NCBI GenBank assembly: GCA_009914755.4
Contig: CP086569.2
Location: 12,288,001-12,352,000 of the forward strand
Reading direction: 5' to 3'
DNA from: the human T2T-CHM13v2.0 reference genome, Homo sapiens
Length of the DNA: 64,000 nt
Part shown: positions 43,901-58,948 of the stretch, one piece after another
Layout of the letters: each line of letters begins with the position of its first letter
How positions within the stretch are numbered: position 1 is the first letter of the stretch
Position numbers and translations under genes: made by a program
The notes under the pieces: generated by a model
The model's input: the letters and a program-made list of their open reading frames with translations, nothing else
The model's database searches: none
What the model was told of the DNA's origin: nothing

Positions 43901-45455
43901 GAATCGAAGGGAATGGAATCGAATGAAATGGAATTGAATGGAATAGAAAGGAATAGAATGGAATGGAGTTTAATGGAAAGATATTAAAAGTAATGGAATG
44001 GAATTGAGTGGACACGAATGGAATGGACTGGAATGGAAAGGACTCCAATGAAATGGAGCACATTAGAATGGACTCGAATGGAATGGATTGGAGTGGAATG
44101 GTCTCGAATGGATTGGAAACGAATGGAATGCAAAGGAATAGAATGGAATGTAATCAAATGGAACGAAATGGAATGGAATGGATTCGACTGGAACAGAATT
44201 GAATGGAGTGGAATTGATTGGAATGGAATGCAATCGAATGGAATGAACACGAATGGAATAGAATGAAATGAAATGGCATAGAATGGAATGGAATGGAATG
44301 GAATGGAATGGCATGGAATGGAATGGAATGGAATGGAATGGCATGGAATGTAATGGAATGGAATGAAATTGATTGGAATGGGATGGGCCCAAAAGTAATG
44401 GACTCAAATAAAAGGGACTCAAATAGAATGAATTGGAAAGAAACGGTCTCGAATGTAATTCATTCGAATGGAATGATATTGAATGGAATGCAATAGTATG
44501 GAATGGTATTGAATAGAATGGAATAGAATGGAATGGAATGGAACGGAATGGAGTGCATTTGAACGGACTCAAATGCAATAAATTGCAATATAATTGATTC
44601 AAATGGAATGGAATCGAATACAATGTAAACAAACGGAATGGAAGGCAATGCAATGGCAAGGAATCGAATGAAATGGAATAAATGGAATGGAATCGAATGG
44701 AAAGGACGCGAATATAATGGACTGTTAAGGAAAGGTCTCGAATCGAATTTATTCCAATAGAATGGAATCGAAAGGAATGCAATACTATTGAATCGAATCG
44801 AATGGAATGGAATTCAATGGAATGGACAGGAATGGAATGAACTGGAAGTGAATGGACAAGAACGTAATATATTGCAATGTAATGTATTCAAATGGAATGG
44901 AATGCAATCGAATGGAATTGACTCGATTGGAATGGACTGGAGTGGAATGGACTCAAATGGAATGTATTCGAATGTAATGGACCTGAAAGGAATGGAATCC
45001 AATGGAATGGAATTGAATGGAATCAAAAGGAATAGAATGGAATAGAGTGTCATTGAATGATATCGAATGGAAGGGAATGGAATGAAATCGAATGGAATGC
45101 ACTGGAATGGAATGGACTCGATCAGAACGGACTGTAGCGGCATGTACACAAATCAAATGGAAACGAATGGAATGGAATGAAATGGAATGAAATGGAATTG
45201 AAAGGAACGGAATGGAATGGAATGGAATGGAATGGATTGGAATAAAATGGAGTAAAATAAAATAGAATCGATTGGAATGGTATTGAATGGAGGGGAATTG
45301 AATGGAATGGAAAGCAATGGAAGATATTGGAATCGAATGGCATCGAATGAAATGGAATGGAACGGAATGGAACGGACCCGAATGGAATGGAATGGACTCA
45401 AATGTAATGGACTCGAAAGGAATCGAATGAAATATAATAGACTCGAAAAGAATGG
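37926..45455 (+). repeat. L-type HOR copy L3 (7530 bp)
   Basis: Landmark at 37926; the next landmark at 45456 is the mutated form CCTCCAGCGG. L3 carries a ~115-bp deletion near 44960 relative to L1/L2. Confidence 0.8.
41840..43887 (+). repeat. X block in L3 (~2.05 kb)
   Basis: Same junction strings as in L1/L2. Confidence 0.75.
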
Positions 45456-48400
45456 CCTCCAGCGGAATTTATTTGAATAGAATGGAGTGAAATGGAATAC
45501 AATAGTATTGAATGGAATAGAATGGAATGGAATCGAATGGAATGTAATCCAATGGAATGGAACGGAATTCAATATAATGGAATAGAATGGAATGCATTGG
45601 AAAGGAGCAGAGTGGAATCGAGTGGAATGGAATCGAAAGGAATGGAATCAAAGGGAAAGAAATGGAATTGAATGGACTTGAATGGAATTGAGTCGAAAGG
45701 AATTGACTCGAAAGGAATGGACTGGAACAAAAAGGAATCAAATGGACAGGAATGGAATGGAATGGAATGGAATGGACTGGAATAGAATGGAGTCAAATGC
45801 AAACGCATCGAATGGAATGGATTGAAATGGAATGCAATTGAATGGAATAGAAAGGAAGAGAATGGAATTGAGAGTAATGGAAAGATATGGATTGGAATGA
45901 AATGGAATGGAAAGGAATTGAATGTTAAGGAATGGACTCGGAAGAAATGGATTGGAATTTAATGGTCTCCAATGGAATGGACTGGAGTGGAACGGAATCG
46001 AATGGAATGAAAAGAATGGAACGGAATGGAACGGAAAGGAATAGAATGTTATGGAATCCGATTGGACCGAATGGAATGGAATGGAGTTTCATGAAATGGA
46101 GTCGAATAGAGTGGCATCAAAAGGAATGTAATGGAACGGAGTGGACTCCAAAGGAATGGACTCGAAAGGAATGGAGACGAACCAAATTGAATCCAATGGA
46201 TTGGAGTCGAACAGAATGGAATGGAATGGAATGAATTCGACTGGAGTGGAGAGGAATGTAAAGGAATAGAATGGAATGTAATCAAATGGATTGCAACTGA
46301 ATGGAATCAAAAATAATAGAAAGGAATGGAGTGTAAAGGGATGATATTGAATATAATGGAATGGAATGGAATTCAATGGAATGGAGTCGAAGGAATGGAA
46401 AGGAATGTAATGGACTCCAATGGAATGGAATGGATGAAAATGGATTTGAACAGATTGGAATCGAACGGAATGGAATGCAATGGAATGGAATGGATTCGAA
46501 TGGAGAAGAGACAAATGGAATGGAAACGAATTCAATGGAATTGAAAAGAATAGAATGGAATGGCGTGTAATGGTAAGATACTAAATGGAATGGAATGGAA
46601 TGGAATGGAATGGATTGGAATGGACCCAAATGTAATGCCCTTGAATGGAATATACTCAAATAGAATGGAATCGAAAGGAAAGGTCTCAAATGGAATTTAT
46701 TCAATACAATGGAATCGAATGGAATGCAATAGAATGGAATGGAATCGAATGTAATGGAATCAAATAGAATGGACCAGAATGGAATGGACTGCCATAGAAC
46801 GGACTGCAGTGTAATGGATTGAATTCTAATTCATTCAAATGGAATGGAATTGAATGGAATGGAATCCAATGGAATGGATAGGATTGTACTGGATTGGAAT
46901 AGCATGGAATGCAACGGAGTGGAATGGAGTTGAATGAAGTGGAATGGAATCGATTGGAATGGAATCAAATGGAATGGACGGGAATGGAATGGACTGGAAG
47001 AGAACAGACTCGAATATAATGGATTGCAATGTAATTGATTCAAATGGAATGGAATCGAATGGAATGTAATAAAATTGAAGGGATTGGAGTTCAATGCAAA
47101 GGAAAAGAATAGAATGCAAAGGAATGGAAAGGAATGGAGTTAAATCGAATGTAATGGAATCGAATGGAATGAAATCGAATGGAATGGACTCAAAAGAAAT
47201 GGACGAGGGACAAAACTGAATCGAACTGATTGGAATGGAACGGAACGGAATGGAATGGAATGGTCTCCATTGGATCGGAGTAGAACGGATTGGAATGGAA
47301 TGGAATGAAATGGAATGGAAAGGAATAGAATGGAATGGAATGGAATGGAATGGAAGGTAATGGAAAGATAACGAACGGATTGGAAAGGAATGCAATGGAC
47401 CCTAATGGAATGGAATGGAATTCAACAGAAACCAATGGAATGGACTGGAGTGAAATGGAGTCGAATGTAATTGACTGGAGTGGAATGGACTCGAAAGGAA
47501 TGGACTCGAATAGAATGGACTGGAATGGATTGTGTTCGAATGGAGTGGAAAGGAATAAAATGGATTCCACCAGATTGGAATGGAACAGAATGGAATGGAA
47601 TGGAATGGAATGCAATGGAACGGATTGACTGGAATGGAGTCGAATGCAATGGAATAGAAAGGAAAGGAATTGAATGGAATTGAAAGTAATAGATTTAAAT
47701 GGAGTGCAAAGGAAAGATGTCGAATGGAATGGATCGAAAAGAAATAGAATGGAATGGACAGGAATGGAATGGAATAGAATGGAATAGACTGGCGTGCAAT
47801 GAAAACGAATGGAATGGAATGGAAAGGAATGGAGTAGAATAAATACTATGGAATGGAATGGAATGGAATGGAATGGAATGGAATGGAGGCGAAAGGAAAA
47901 GAATGGATTGGAATGTCACCGAATGGAAAGATAAGGAATGGAAAGGAGTGGATACGAATGGAATGGAATAGAAAGGAACAGAAAGGTAAAGAATGGAATG
48001 GAATCGGATAGAATGGAATGCAATGTAATGGAGTCGAATGGAAAATAATCGAGTAGAATGATATTGAATGGAATGGAATTTAATGGAATGGAATGGAATG
48101 GAATGGACTCGAATGGAATGTACTCAAATGGATTAGAATAGAATGGAATGGAACTAAACGTAATGAACTCGAATGGAATGGACACAAATAGAATGGAAGA
48201 GAAAGGAATGGTATTGAATGGAATTTATTCGAATAGAATGCAATTCAATGGAATGCAACAGTGTGGCATGGAATCAAATGGAATGGAATCGAATGGAATG
48301 GACCCGAGTGGAATGGACTCACATAGAACAGCCTGGAATGTAATGGATGACAGTGTATTAGATTCGAAAGGACTGAAATCGAATGGAATGTAATCAAATA

Positions 48401-51400
48401 GAACGGAATTGAATGCATGGAATGGCATAGAAAGTAATGCAATGGAATGGAATAGACTGGAATGGAATGGAATCGGATGGAATGTAATGAAATGTAATGG
48501 AAGGAATGCCATGGAATGGAATGGAATGGAATGCAATGGCCCGGTGTATAATGGAGTGCAATGGAATTCAGTGGAATGTAGTCAACAGGAATGAAATAGA
48601 ATGGAATTCAATATAAGGGAATGGCATCCAATGGCAGGGAATGGCATCCAATGGCAAGGAATGGAGTGGACTCCAATGGAAACAACATGAAAGGAATATA
48701 ATATAATGGAATGGCATTGAACGATATGGAATGCAATGGAGTTAAAAGGTAAGATATCAAATGGAAAAGAATTGAATGGACTCGAATGGAATATAACGGA
48801 ATGGAATGGACTCGAATGGAATGTACTAGAGTTGAATGGAATGGAATGGAATGGAAAACAATGGAAAGGAAAGGAAGGGAATTGAAAGGAAAGGAATAGA
48901 ATGGAATGGAATCGGATAGAACGGAATTGAATGGAATGGAAACTAAAGGAATAGCATAGAAAGGAATGGCATTGAATGGAATGGAATGGAATGGAATCAG
49001 ATGGAACAGAAAGGAATGGAATAGAATCGAATGGTATGGCATCGAATGGATTGGAATGGAATGTAATGGAATGGAAAGGAATGGAATGGACTCGAATGGA
49101 ATGTACTCAAATGGAATAGAATAGAATGGAATGGAAGTAAATATAATGGACTCGAATGGAATGGATTGGAATAAATTGGAATTGAATGTATTGGATTCGA
49201 ATGGAAAGGAATGGAATGGAATGGAATGGATTCGAATGGAATGGAATCGAATGGAATGGAACGAATTGGAATGTAATTGAATGGCGTCGAAAACAGTAGA
49301 AAGAAATGAAGTTTAATCGAATGATATCGAATGGAATTGAATGGAATGTACGCGAATGGAATGGACTGGAATGGAATGGACTCTATGGGAATGAAGAGGA
49401 GTGGAATGGACTCGAATGTCATGGAGACGATTGGAATGGAAAGGAATGCAAAGGAATGGAATGGAATGGAATCTGATGCATCGCCATGGAATGGAATGGG
49501 GTCGAATGGAATAGAATCGAAAGGAATGGCATCCAATGGAATGGAAACGAATTGAATGGAATGGCATGGAATGGAATGGAAAGGAATATAATGGAAAGGA
49601 ATCGGATGGAACGGAATGGAATGTAAAGGAGTCGAATGGAATAGAATCTAATAGAATTGCATTGATAGGAATGGAATCGAACTTACTCGAAAGGATTGGA
49701 GCCTAACAGAAGAGAATCGAACAGAATAGCATCAAATGGAATGGAAATGAATGGAATGGAATGGAATGGAATGGAATGGAATGGAATGGAATGGACACAC
49801 ATGTAATGGACTTGAATGGAATGGAATCAAATAGAATGGACGCGAATGGAATGTTCTCGAATGGAATTTATGAAAATAGAATGGAATCGAAAGTCATTGA
49901 ACATTATGGAATGGAATCAAATGGAATTAAATCGAATGGAAGGAACCGGAATGGAATGTACTGGAATAGAACGGACTCGAATGTTACGGAAAGAAAAGTA
50001 AGTGATTCGGATGTCTTTTAATTGAATGGAAAGAAATCAAATGGAATGGAAAGGAATAAAATGGAATGGAATGAAATAGAATGCAATAGAATGGAAGTGA
50101 GTGGAGTCGAGTTGAATGGAATCGAATTGAATGGAATAGAATGGAATAGAATCAAATGGAATGGACTCGAATGCAATGGAACCGAATGGAATGGACTGGA
50201 ACAAAATGGAATCGAACGTATTGGAATGGAAAGGAATGGAAAGGAATTGAATGCAACGGAAAGCAATGGAATCGAATGTAATGGAGTCGTATGTAGTGGA
50301 GTCGAATGGAATGGAATCAAATGGAAGGAAAAGAATACAATCGAATGGAATAGAATAGAATGCAACAGAATGAAACGGAGTGGAATCGAGTGGAATGGAA
50401 TAGAATTGAATGGAATGGAAAGGAATGGAATCGAATGGAATGGATCCGAGTGGAATGGATCCGAATGGAATGGAATGGAACAAAATGGAATTGAACAGAT
50501 TAGAATCGAATGGATCCGAATCGAATGGAATGGAATAGAATGGAATGGAATGGAATGGAATGGAATGGAATGGAATGGAATGGAATGGAATGGACCCAAA
50601 TGTGATGAACTCTAATGAAATGGACTTTAATAGAATGGATTAGAAAACAATGGGCTCGAATGGAATTTAATCAAGTCGAATTTAATGGAATGGAATGGAA
50701 TGCAAAACTATGGAATAGCATCAAATGGAATGGAACAGAATAGAGTGGAATGGAATGGAATACACAGGAATAGAACAGACTCGAATGTAATGGATTGCAA
50801 TGTAAGTGATTCAAAGGGAATGGAATCAAATGGAATATAATCAAATGGAATGGAATGGAGTGCATTGGAATGGAATAAAATGGAATGCAAACAATGGTAC
50901 AGAACTCATTTGAATCTAGAGGAGTGGAATCGAATGCAATGGGAAAGAATGGAATGGACACGAATGGAATGGATTGGAAACAAATGGAATGGAAAGGATT
51001 TTAATCATACAGAACAAAATAGAATGCAATGGACTCGAATGAAATGGAGTCGAAGAGAATAGTATCAAATGGAAAGGAATGGAATGTAATCGAATCGAAT
51101 GGAATGTTAATGAAATTAATTGAAAGGAATAGAATGGAATGAAGTGTAATGGAAAGATATCGAATTGAATGGAATTGAATGGAATGGACACAAACGGAAT
51201 GGACTGGAATGGAATGAACTGGAAAGGAATGGAATGGAGCGGAACGGACTCGAGTGCAATGGAATCGAATGGTATAGAATAGAATGGAATGGAATGGAAA
51301 GGAATAGAAGGGAATGGAATCGGATCCACGGGACAGATTGGAATGGGGTAGAATTGAATAGAATCGAATGGAATGGCATCGAATGTAATGGAATGGAATG

Positions 51401-52990
51401 GACTCGAATGGAATGGAGTGACATGTAATGGAATCGAAAGGAATGGAATCGAATGAAATGGAATTGAATGGAATAGAAAGGAATAGAATGGAATGGAGTT
51501 TAATGGAAAGATATTAAAAGTAATGGAATGGAATTGAGTGGACACGAATGGAATGGACTGGAATGGAAAGGACTCGAATGAAATGGAGCGCATTAGAATG
51601 GACTCGAATGGAATGGATTGGAGTGGAATGGTCTCGAATGGATTGGAAACGAATGGAATGCAAAGGAATAGAATGGAATGTAATCAAATGGAACGAAATG
51701 GAATGGAATGGATTCGACTGGAACAGAATTGAATGGAGTGGAATTGATTGGAATGGAATGCAATCGAATGGAATGAACACGAATGGAATAGAATGAAATG
51801 AAATGGCATAGAATGGAATGGAATGGAATGGAATGGAATGGCATGGAATGGAATGGAATGGAATGGAATGGAATGGCATGGAATGTAATGGAATGGAATG
51901 AAATTGATTGGAATGGGATGGGCCCAAAAGTAATGGACTCAAATAAAAGGGACTCAAATAGAATGAATTGGAAAGAAACGGTCTCGAATGTAATTCATTC
52001 GAATGGAATGATATTGAATGGAATGCAATAGTATGGAATGGTATTGAATAGAATGGAATAGAATGGAATGGAATGGAACGGAATGGAGTGCATTTGAACG
52101 GACTCAAATGCAATAAATTGCAATATAATTGATTCAAATGGAATGGAATCGAATACAATGTAAACAAACGGAATGGAAGGCAATGCAATGGCAAGGAATC
52201 GAATGAAATGGAATAAATGGAATGGAATCGAATGGAAAGGACGCGAATATAATGGACTGTTAAGGAAAGGTCTCGAATCGAATTTATTCCAATAGAATGG
52301 AATCGAAAGGAATGCAATACTATTGAATCGAATCGAATGGAATGGAATTCAATGGAATGGACAGGAATGGAATGAACTGGAAGTGAATGGACAAGAACGT
52401 AATATATTGCAATGTAATGTATTCAAATGGAATGGAATGCAATCGAATGGAATTGACTCGATTGGAATGGACTGGAGTGGAATGGACTCAAATGGAATGT
52501 ATTCGAATGTAATGGACCTGAAAGGAATGGAATCCAATGGAATGGAATTGAATGGAATCAAAAGGAATAGAATGGAATAGAGTGTCATTGAATGATATCG
52601 AATGGAAGGGAATGGAATGAAATCGAATGGAATGCACTGGAATGGAATGGACTCGATCAGAACGGACTGTAGCGGCATGTACACAAATGAAATGGAAACG
52701 AATGGAATGGAATGAAATGGAATGAAATGGAATTGAAAGGAACGGAATGGAATGGAATGGAATGGAATGGATTGGAATAAAATGGATTCAAATAAAATAG
52801 AATCGATTGGAATGGTATTGAATGGAGGGGAATTGAATGGAATGGAAAGCAATGGAAGATATTGGAATCGAATGGCATCGAATGAAATGGAATGGAACGG
52901 AATGGAACGGACCCGAATGGAATGGAATGGACTCAAATGTAATGGACTCGAAAGGAATCGAATGAAATATAATAGACTCGAAAAGAATGG
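45456..52990 (+). repeat. L-type HOR copy L4 (7535 bp)
   Basis: Landmark CCTCCAGCGG at 45456 and 52991. ORF translations are essentially identical to L5 (e.g. 44788..45045 = 52323..52580). Confidence 0.8.
49381..51417 (+). repeat. X block in L4 (~2.04 kb)
   Basis: Same junction strings as in L1/L2. Confidence 0.75.
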
Positions 52991-55900
52991 CCTCCAGCGG
53001 AATTTATTTGAATAGAATGGAGTGAAATGGAATACAATAATATTGAATGGAATAGAATGGAATGGAATCGAATGGAATGTAATCAAATGGAATGGAACGG
53101 AATTCAATATAATGGAATAGAATGGAATGCATTGGAAAGGAGCAGAGTGGAATCGAGTGGAATGGAATCGAAAGGAATGGAATCAAAGGGAAAGAAATGG
53201 AATTGAATGGACTTGAATGGAATTGAGTCGAAAGGAATTGACTCGAAAGGAATGGACTGGAACAAAAAGGAATCAAATGGACAGGAATGGAATGGAATGG
53301 AATGGAATGGACTGGAATAGAATGGAGTCAAATGCAAACGCATCGAATGGAATGGATTGAAATGGAATGCAATTGAATGGAATAGAAAGGAAGAGAATGG
53401 AATTGAGAGTAATGGAAAGATATGGATTGGAATGAAATGGAATGGAAAGGAATTGAATGTTAAGGAATGGACTCGGAAGAAATGGATTGGAATTTAATGG
53501 TCTCCAATGGAATGGACTGGAGTGGAACGGAATCGAATGGAATGAAAAGAATGGAACGGAATGGAACGGAAAGGAATAGAATGTTATGGAATCTGATTAG
53601 ACAGAATGGAATGGAATGGAGTTTCATGAAATGGAGTCGAATAGAGTGGCATCAAAAGGAATGTAATGGAACGGAGTGGACTCCAAAGGAATGGACTCGA
53701 AAGGAATGGAGACGAACCAAATTGAATCCAATGGATTGGAGTCGAAAAGAATGGAATGGAATGGAAGGAACTCGACTGGAGTGGAGAGGAATGTAAAGGA
53801 ATAGAATGGAATGTAATCAAATGGATTGCAACTGAATGGAATCAAAAATAATAGAAAGGAATGGAGTGTAAAGGGATGATATTGAATATAATGGAATGGA
53901 ATGGAATTCAATGGAATGGAGTCGAAGGAATGGAAAGGAATGTAATGGACTCCAATGGAATGGAATGGATGAAAATGGATTTGAACAGATTGGAATCGAA
54001 CGGAATGGAATGCAATGGAATGGAATGGATTCGAATGGAGAAGAGACAAATGGAATGGAAACGAATTCAGTGGAATTGAAAAGAATAGAATTTAATGGCG
54101 TGTAATGGTAAGATACTAAATGGAATGGAATGGAATGGAATGGAATGGATTGGAATGGACCCAAATGTAATGCCCTTGAATGGAATATACTCAAATAGAA
54201 TGGAATCGAAAGGAAAGGTCTCAAATGGAATTTATTCAATACAATGGAATCGAATGGAATGCAATAGAATGGAATGGAATCGAATGTAATGGAATCAAAT
54301 AGAATGGACCAGAATGGAATGGACTGCCATAGAACGGACTGCAGTGTAATGGATTGAATTCTAATTCATTCAAATGGAATGGAATTGAATGGAATGGAAT
54401 CCAATGGAATGGATAGGATTGTACTGGATTGGAATAGCATGGAATGCAACGGAGTGGAATGGAGTTGAATGAAGTGGAATGGAATCGATTGGAATGGAAT
54501 CAAATGGAATGGACGGGAATGGAATGGACTGGAAGAGAACAGACTCGAATATAATGGATTGCAATGTAATTGATTCAAATGGAATGGAATCGAATGGAAT
54601 GTAATAAAATTGAAGGGATTGGAGTTCAATGCAAAGGAAAAGAATGGAATGCAAAGGAATGGAAAGGAATGGAGTGAAATCGAGTGTAATGGAATCGAAT
54701 GGAATGAAATCGAATGGAATGGACTCAAAAGAAATGGACGAGGGACAAAACTGAATCGAACTGATTGGAATGGAACGGAACGGAATGGAATGGAATGGTC
54801 TCCATTGGATCGGAGTAGAACGGATTGGAATGGAATGGAATGAAATGGAATGGGAAGGAATAGAATGGAATGGAATGGAATGGAATGGAAGGTAATGGAA
54901 AGATAACGAACGGATTGGAAAGGAATGCAATGGACCCTAATGGAATGGAATGGAATGGAACAGAAACCGATGGAATGGACTGGAGTGAAATGGAGTCGAA
55001 TGTAATTGACTGGAGTGGAATGGACTCGAAAGGAATGGACTCGAATAGAATGGACTGGAATGGATTGTGTTCTAATGGAGTGGAAAGGAATAAAATGGAT
55101 TCCACCAGATTGGAATGGAACAGAATGGAATGGAATGGAATGGAATGCAATGGAACGGCTTGACTGGAATGGAGTCGAATGCAATGGAATAGAAAGGAAA
55201 GGAATTGAATGGAATTGAAAGTAATAGATTTAAATGGAGTGCAAAGGAAAGATGTCGAATGGAATGGATCGAAAAGAAATAGAATGGAATGGACAGGAAT
55301 GGAATGGAATAGAATGGAATAGACTGGCGTGCAATGAAAACGAATGGAATGGAATGGAAAGGAATGGAGTAGAATAAATACTATGGAATGGAATGGAATG
55401 GAATGGAATGGAATGGAATGGAGGCGAAAGGAAAAGAATGGATTGGAATGTCACCGAATGGAAAGATAAGGAATGGAAAGGAGTGGATACGAATGGAATG
55501 GAATAGAAAGGAACGGAAAGGTAAAGAATGGAATGGAATCGGATAGAATGGAATGCAATGTAATGGAGTCGAATGGAAAATAATCGAGTAGAATGATATT
55601 GAATGGAATGGAATTTAATGGAATGGAATGGAATGGAATGGACTCGAATGGAATGTACTCAAATGGATTAGAATAGAATGGAATGGAACTAAACGTAATG
55701 AACTCGAATGGAATGGACACAAATAGAATGGAAGAGAAAGGAATGGTATTGAATGGAATTTATTCGAATAGAATGTAATTCAATGGAATGCAACAGTGTG
55801 GCATGGAATCAAATGGAATGGAATCGAATGGAATGGACCCGAGTGGAATGGACTCACATAGAACAGCCTGGAATGTAATGGATGACAGTGTATTAGATTC

Positions 55901-56915
55901 GAAAGGACTGAAATCGAATGGAATGTAATCAAATAGAACGGAATTGAATGCATGGAATGGCATAGAAAGTAATGCAATGGAATGGAATAGACTGGAATGG
56001 AATGGAATCGGATGGAATGTAATGAAATGTAATGGAAGGAATGCCATGGAATGGAATGGAATGGAATGCAATGGCCCGGTGTATAATGGAGTGCAATGGA
56101 ATTCAGTGGAATGTAGTCAACAGGAATGAAATAGAATGGAATTCAATATAAGGGAATGGCATCCAATGGCAGGGAATGGCATCCAATGGCAAGGAATGGA
56201 GTGGACTCCAATGGAAACAACATGAAAGGAATATAATATAATGGAATGGCATTGAACGATATGGAATGCAATGGAGTTAAAAGGTAAGATATCAAATGGA
56301 AAAGAATTGAATGGACTCGAATGGAATATAACGGAATGGAACGGACTCGAATGGAATGTACTAGAGTTGAATGGAATGGAATGGAATGGAAAACAATGGA
56401 AAGGAAAGGAAGGGAATTGAAAGGAAAGGAATAGAATGGAATGGAATCGGATAGAACGGAATTGAATGGAATGGAAACTAAAGGAATAGCATAGAAAGGA
56501 ATGGCATTGAATGGAATGGAATGGAATGGAATCAGATGGAACAGAAAGGAATGGAATAGAATCGAATGGTATGGCATCGAATGGATTGGAATGGAATGTA
56601 ATGGAATGGAAAGGAATGGAATGGACTCGAATGGAATGTACTCAAATGGAATAGAATAGAATGGAATGGAAGTAAATATAATGGACTCGAATGGAATGGA
56701 TTGGAATAAATTGGAATTGAATGTATTGGATTCGAATGGAAAGGAATGGAATGGAATGGAATGGATTCGAATGGAATGGAATCGAATGGAATGGAACGAA
56801 TTGGAATGTAATTGAATGGCGTCGAAAACAGTAGAAAGAAATGAAGTTTAATCGAATGATATCGAATGGAATTGAATGGAATGTACGCGAATGGAATGGA
56901 CTGGAATGGAATGGA

Positions 56916-58948
56916 CTCTATGGGAATGAAGAGGAGTGGAATGGACTCGAATGTCATGGAGACGATTGGAATGGAAAGGAATGCAAAGGAATGGAATGGA
57001 ATGGAATCTGATGCATCGCCATGGAATGGAATGGGGTCGAATGGAATAGAATCGAAAGGAATGGCATCCAATGGAATGGAAACGAATTGAATGGAATGGC
57101 ATGGAATGGAATGGAAAGGAATATAATGGAAAGGAATCGGATGGAACGGAATGGAATGTAATGGAGTCGAATGGAATAGAATCTAATAGAATTGCATTGA
57201 TAGGAATGGAATCGAACGGACTCGAAAGGATTGGAGCCTAACAGAAGAGAATCGAACAGAATAGCATCAAATGGAATGGAAATGAATGGAATGGAATGGA
57301 ATGGAATGGAATGGAATGGAATGGAATGGAATGGAATGGACACACATGTAATGGACTTGAATGGAATGGAATCAAATAGAATGGACGCGAATGGAATGTT
57401 CTCAAATGGAATTTATGAAAATAGAATGGAATCGAAAGTCATTGAACATTATGGAATGGAATCAAATGGAATTAAATCGAATGGAAGGAACCGGAATGGA
57501 ATGTACTGGAATAGAACGGACTCGAATGTTACGGAAAGAAAAGTAAGTGATTCGGATGTCTTTTAATTGAATGGAAAGGAATAAAATGGAATGGAATGAA
57601 ATAGAATGCAATAGAATGGAAGTGAGTGGAGTCGAGTTGAATGGAATCGAATTGAATGGAATAGAATGGAATAGAATCAAATGGAATGGACTCGAATGCA
57701 ATGGAACCGAATGGAATGGACTGGAACAAAATGGAATCGAACGTATTGGAATGGAAAGGAATGGAAAGGAATTGAATGCAACGGAAAGCAATGGAATCGA
57801 ATGTAATGGAGTCGTATGTAGTGGAGTCGAATGGAATGGAATCAAATGGAAGGAAAAGAATACAATCGAATGGAATAGAATAGAATGCAACAGAATGAAA
57901 CGGAGTGGAATCGAGTGGAATGGAATAGAATTGAATGGAATGGAAAGGAATGGAATCGAATGGAATGGATCCGAGTGGAATGGATCCGAATGGAATGGAA
58001 TGGAACAAAATGGAATTGAACAGATTAGAATTGAATGGATCCGAATCGAATGGAATGGAATAGAATGGAATGGAATGGAATGGAATGGAATGGAATGGAA
58101 TGGAATGGAATGGAATGGAATGGACCCAAATGTGATGAACTCTAATGAAATGGACTTTAATAGAATGGATTAGAAAACAATGGGCTCGAATGGAATTTAA
58201 TCAAGTCGAATTTAATGGAATGGAATGGAATGCAAAACTATGGAATAGCATCAAATGGAATGGAACAGAATAGAGTGGAATGGAATGGAATACACAGGAA
58301 TAGAACAGACTCGAATGTAATGGATTGCAATGTAAGTGATTCAAAGGGAATGGAATCAAATGGAATATAATCAAATGGAATGGAATGGAGTGCATTGGAA
58401 TGGAATAAAATGGAATGCAAACAATGGTACAGAACTCATTTGAATCTAGAGGAGTGGAATCGAATGCAATGGGAAAGAATGGAATGGACACGAATGGAAT
58501 GGATTGGAAACAAATGGAATGGAAAGGATTTTAATCATACAGAACAAAATAGAATGCAATGGACTCGAATGAAATGGAGTCGAAGAGAATAGTATCAAAT
58601 GGAAAGGAATGGAATGCAATCGAATCGAATGGAATGTTAATGAAATTAATTGAAAGGAATAGAATGGAATGAAGTGTAATGGAAAGATATCGAATTGAAT
58701 GGAATTGAATGGAATGGACACAAACGGAATGGACTGGAATGGAATGAACTGGAAAGGAATGGAATGGAGCGGAACGGACTCGCGTGCAATGGAATCGAAT
58801 GGTATAGAATAGAATGGAATGGAATGGAAAGGAATAGAAGGGAATGGAATCGGATCCAACGGGACAGATTGGAATGGGGTAGAATTGAATAGAATCGAAT
58901 GGAATGGCATCGAATGTAATGGAATGGAATGGACTCGAATGGAATGGA
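56916..58948 (+). repeat. X block in L5 (~2.03 kb)
   Basis: Same junction strings as in L1/L2. Confidence 0.75.
58063..58124 (+). repeat. Uninterrupted (GGAAT)12 tract inside X block of L5 (example)
   Basis: Pure run read directly. Homologous tracts are at ~50535-50590, ~43008-43062, ~35400-35450 and an expanded, interrupted version at ~27720-27860. Confidence 0.8.
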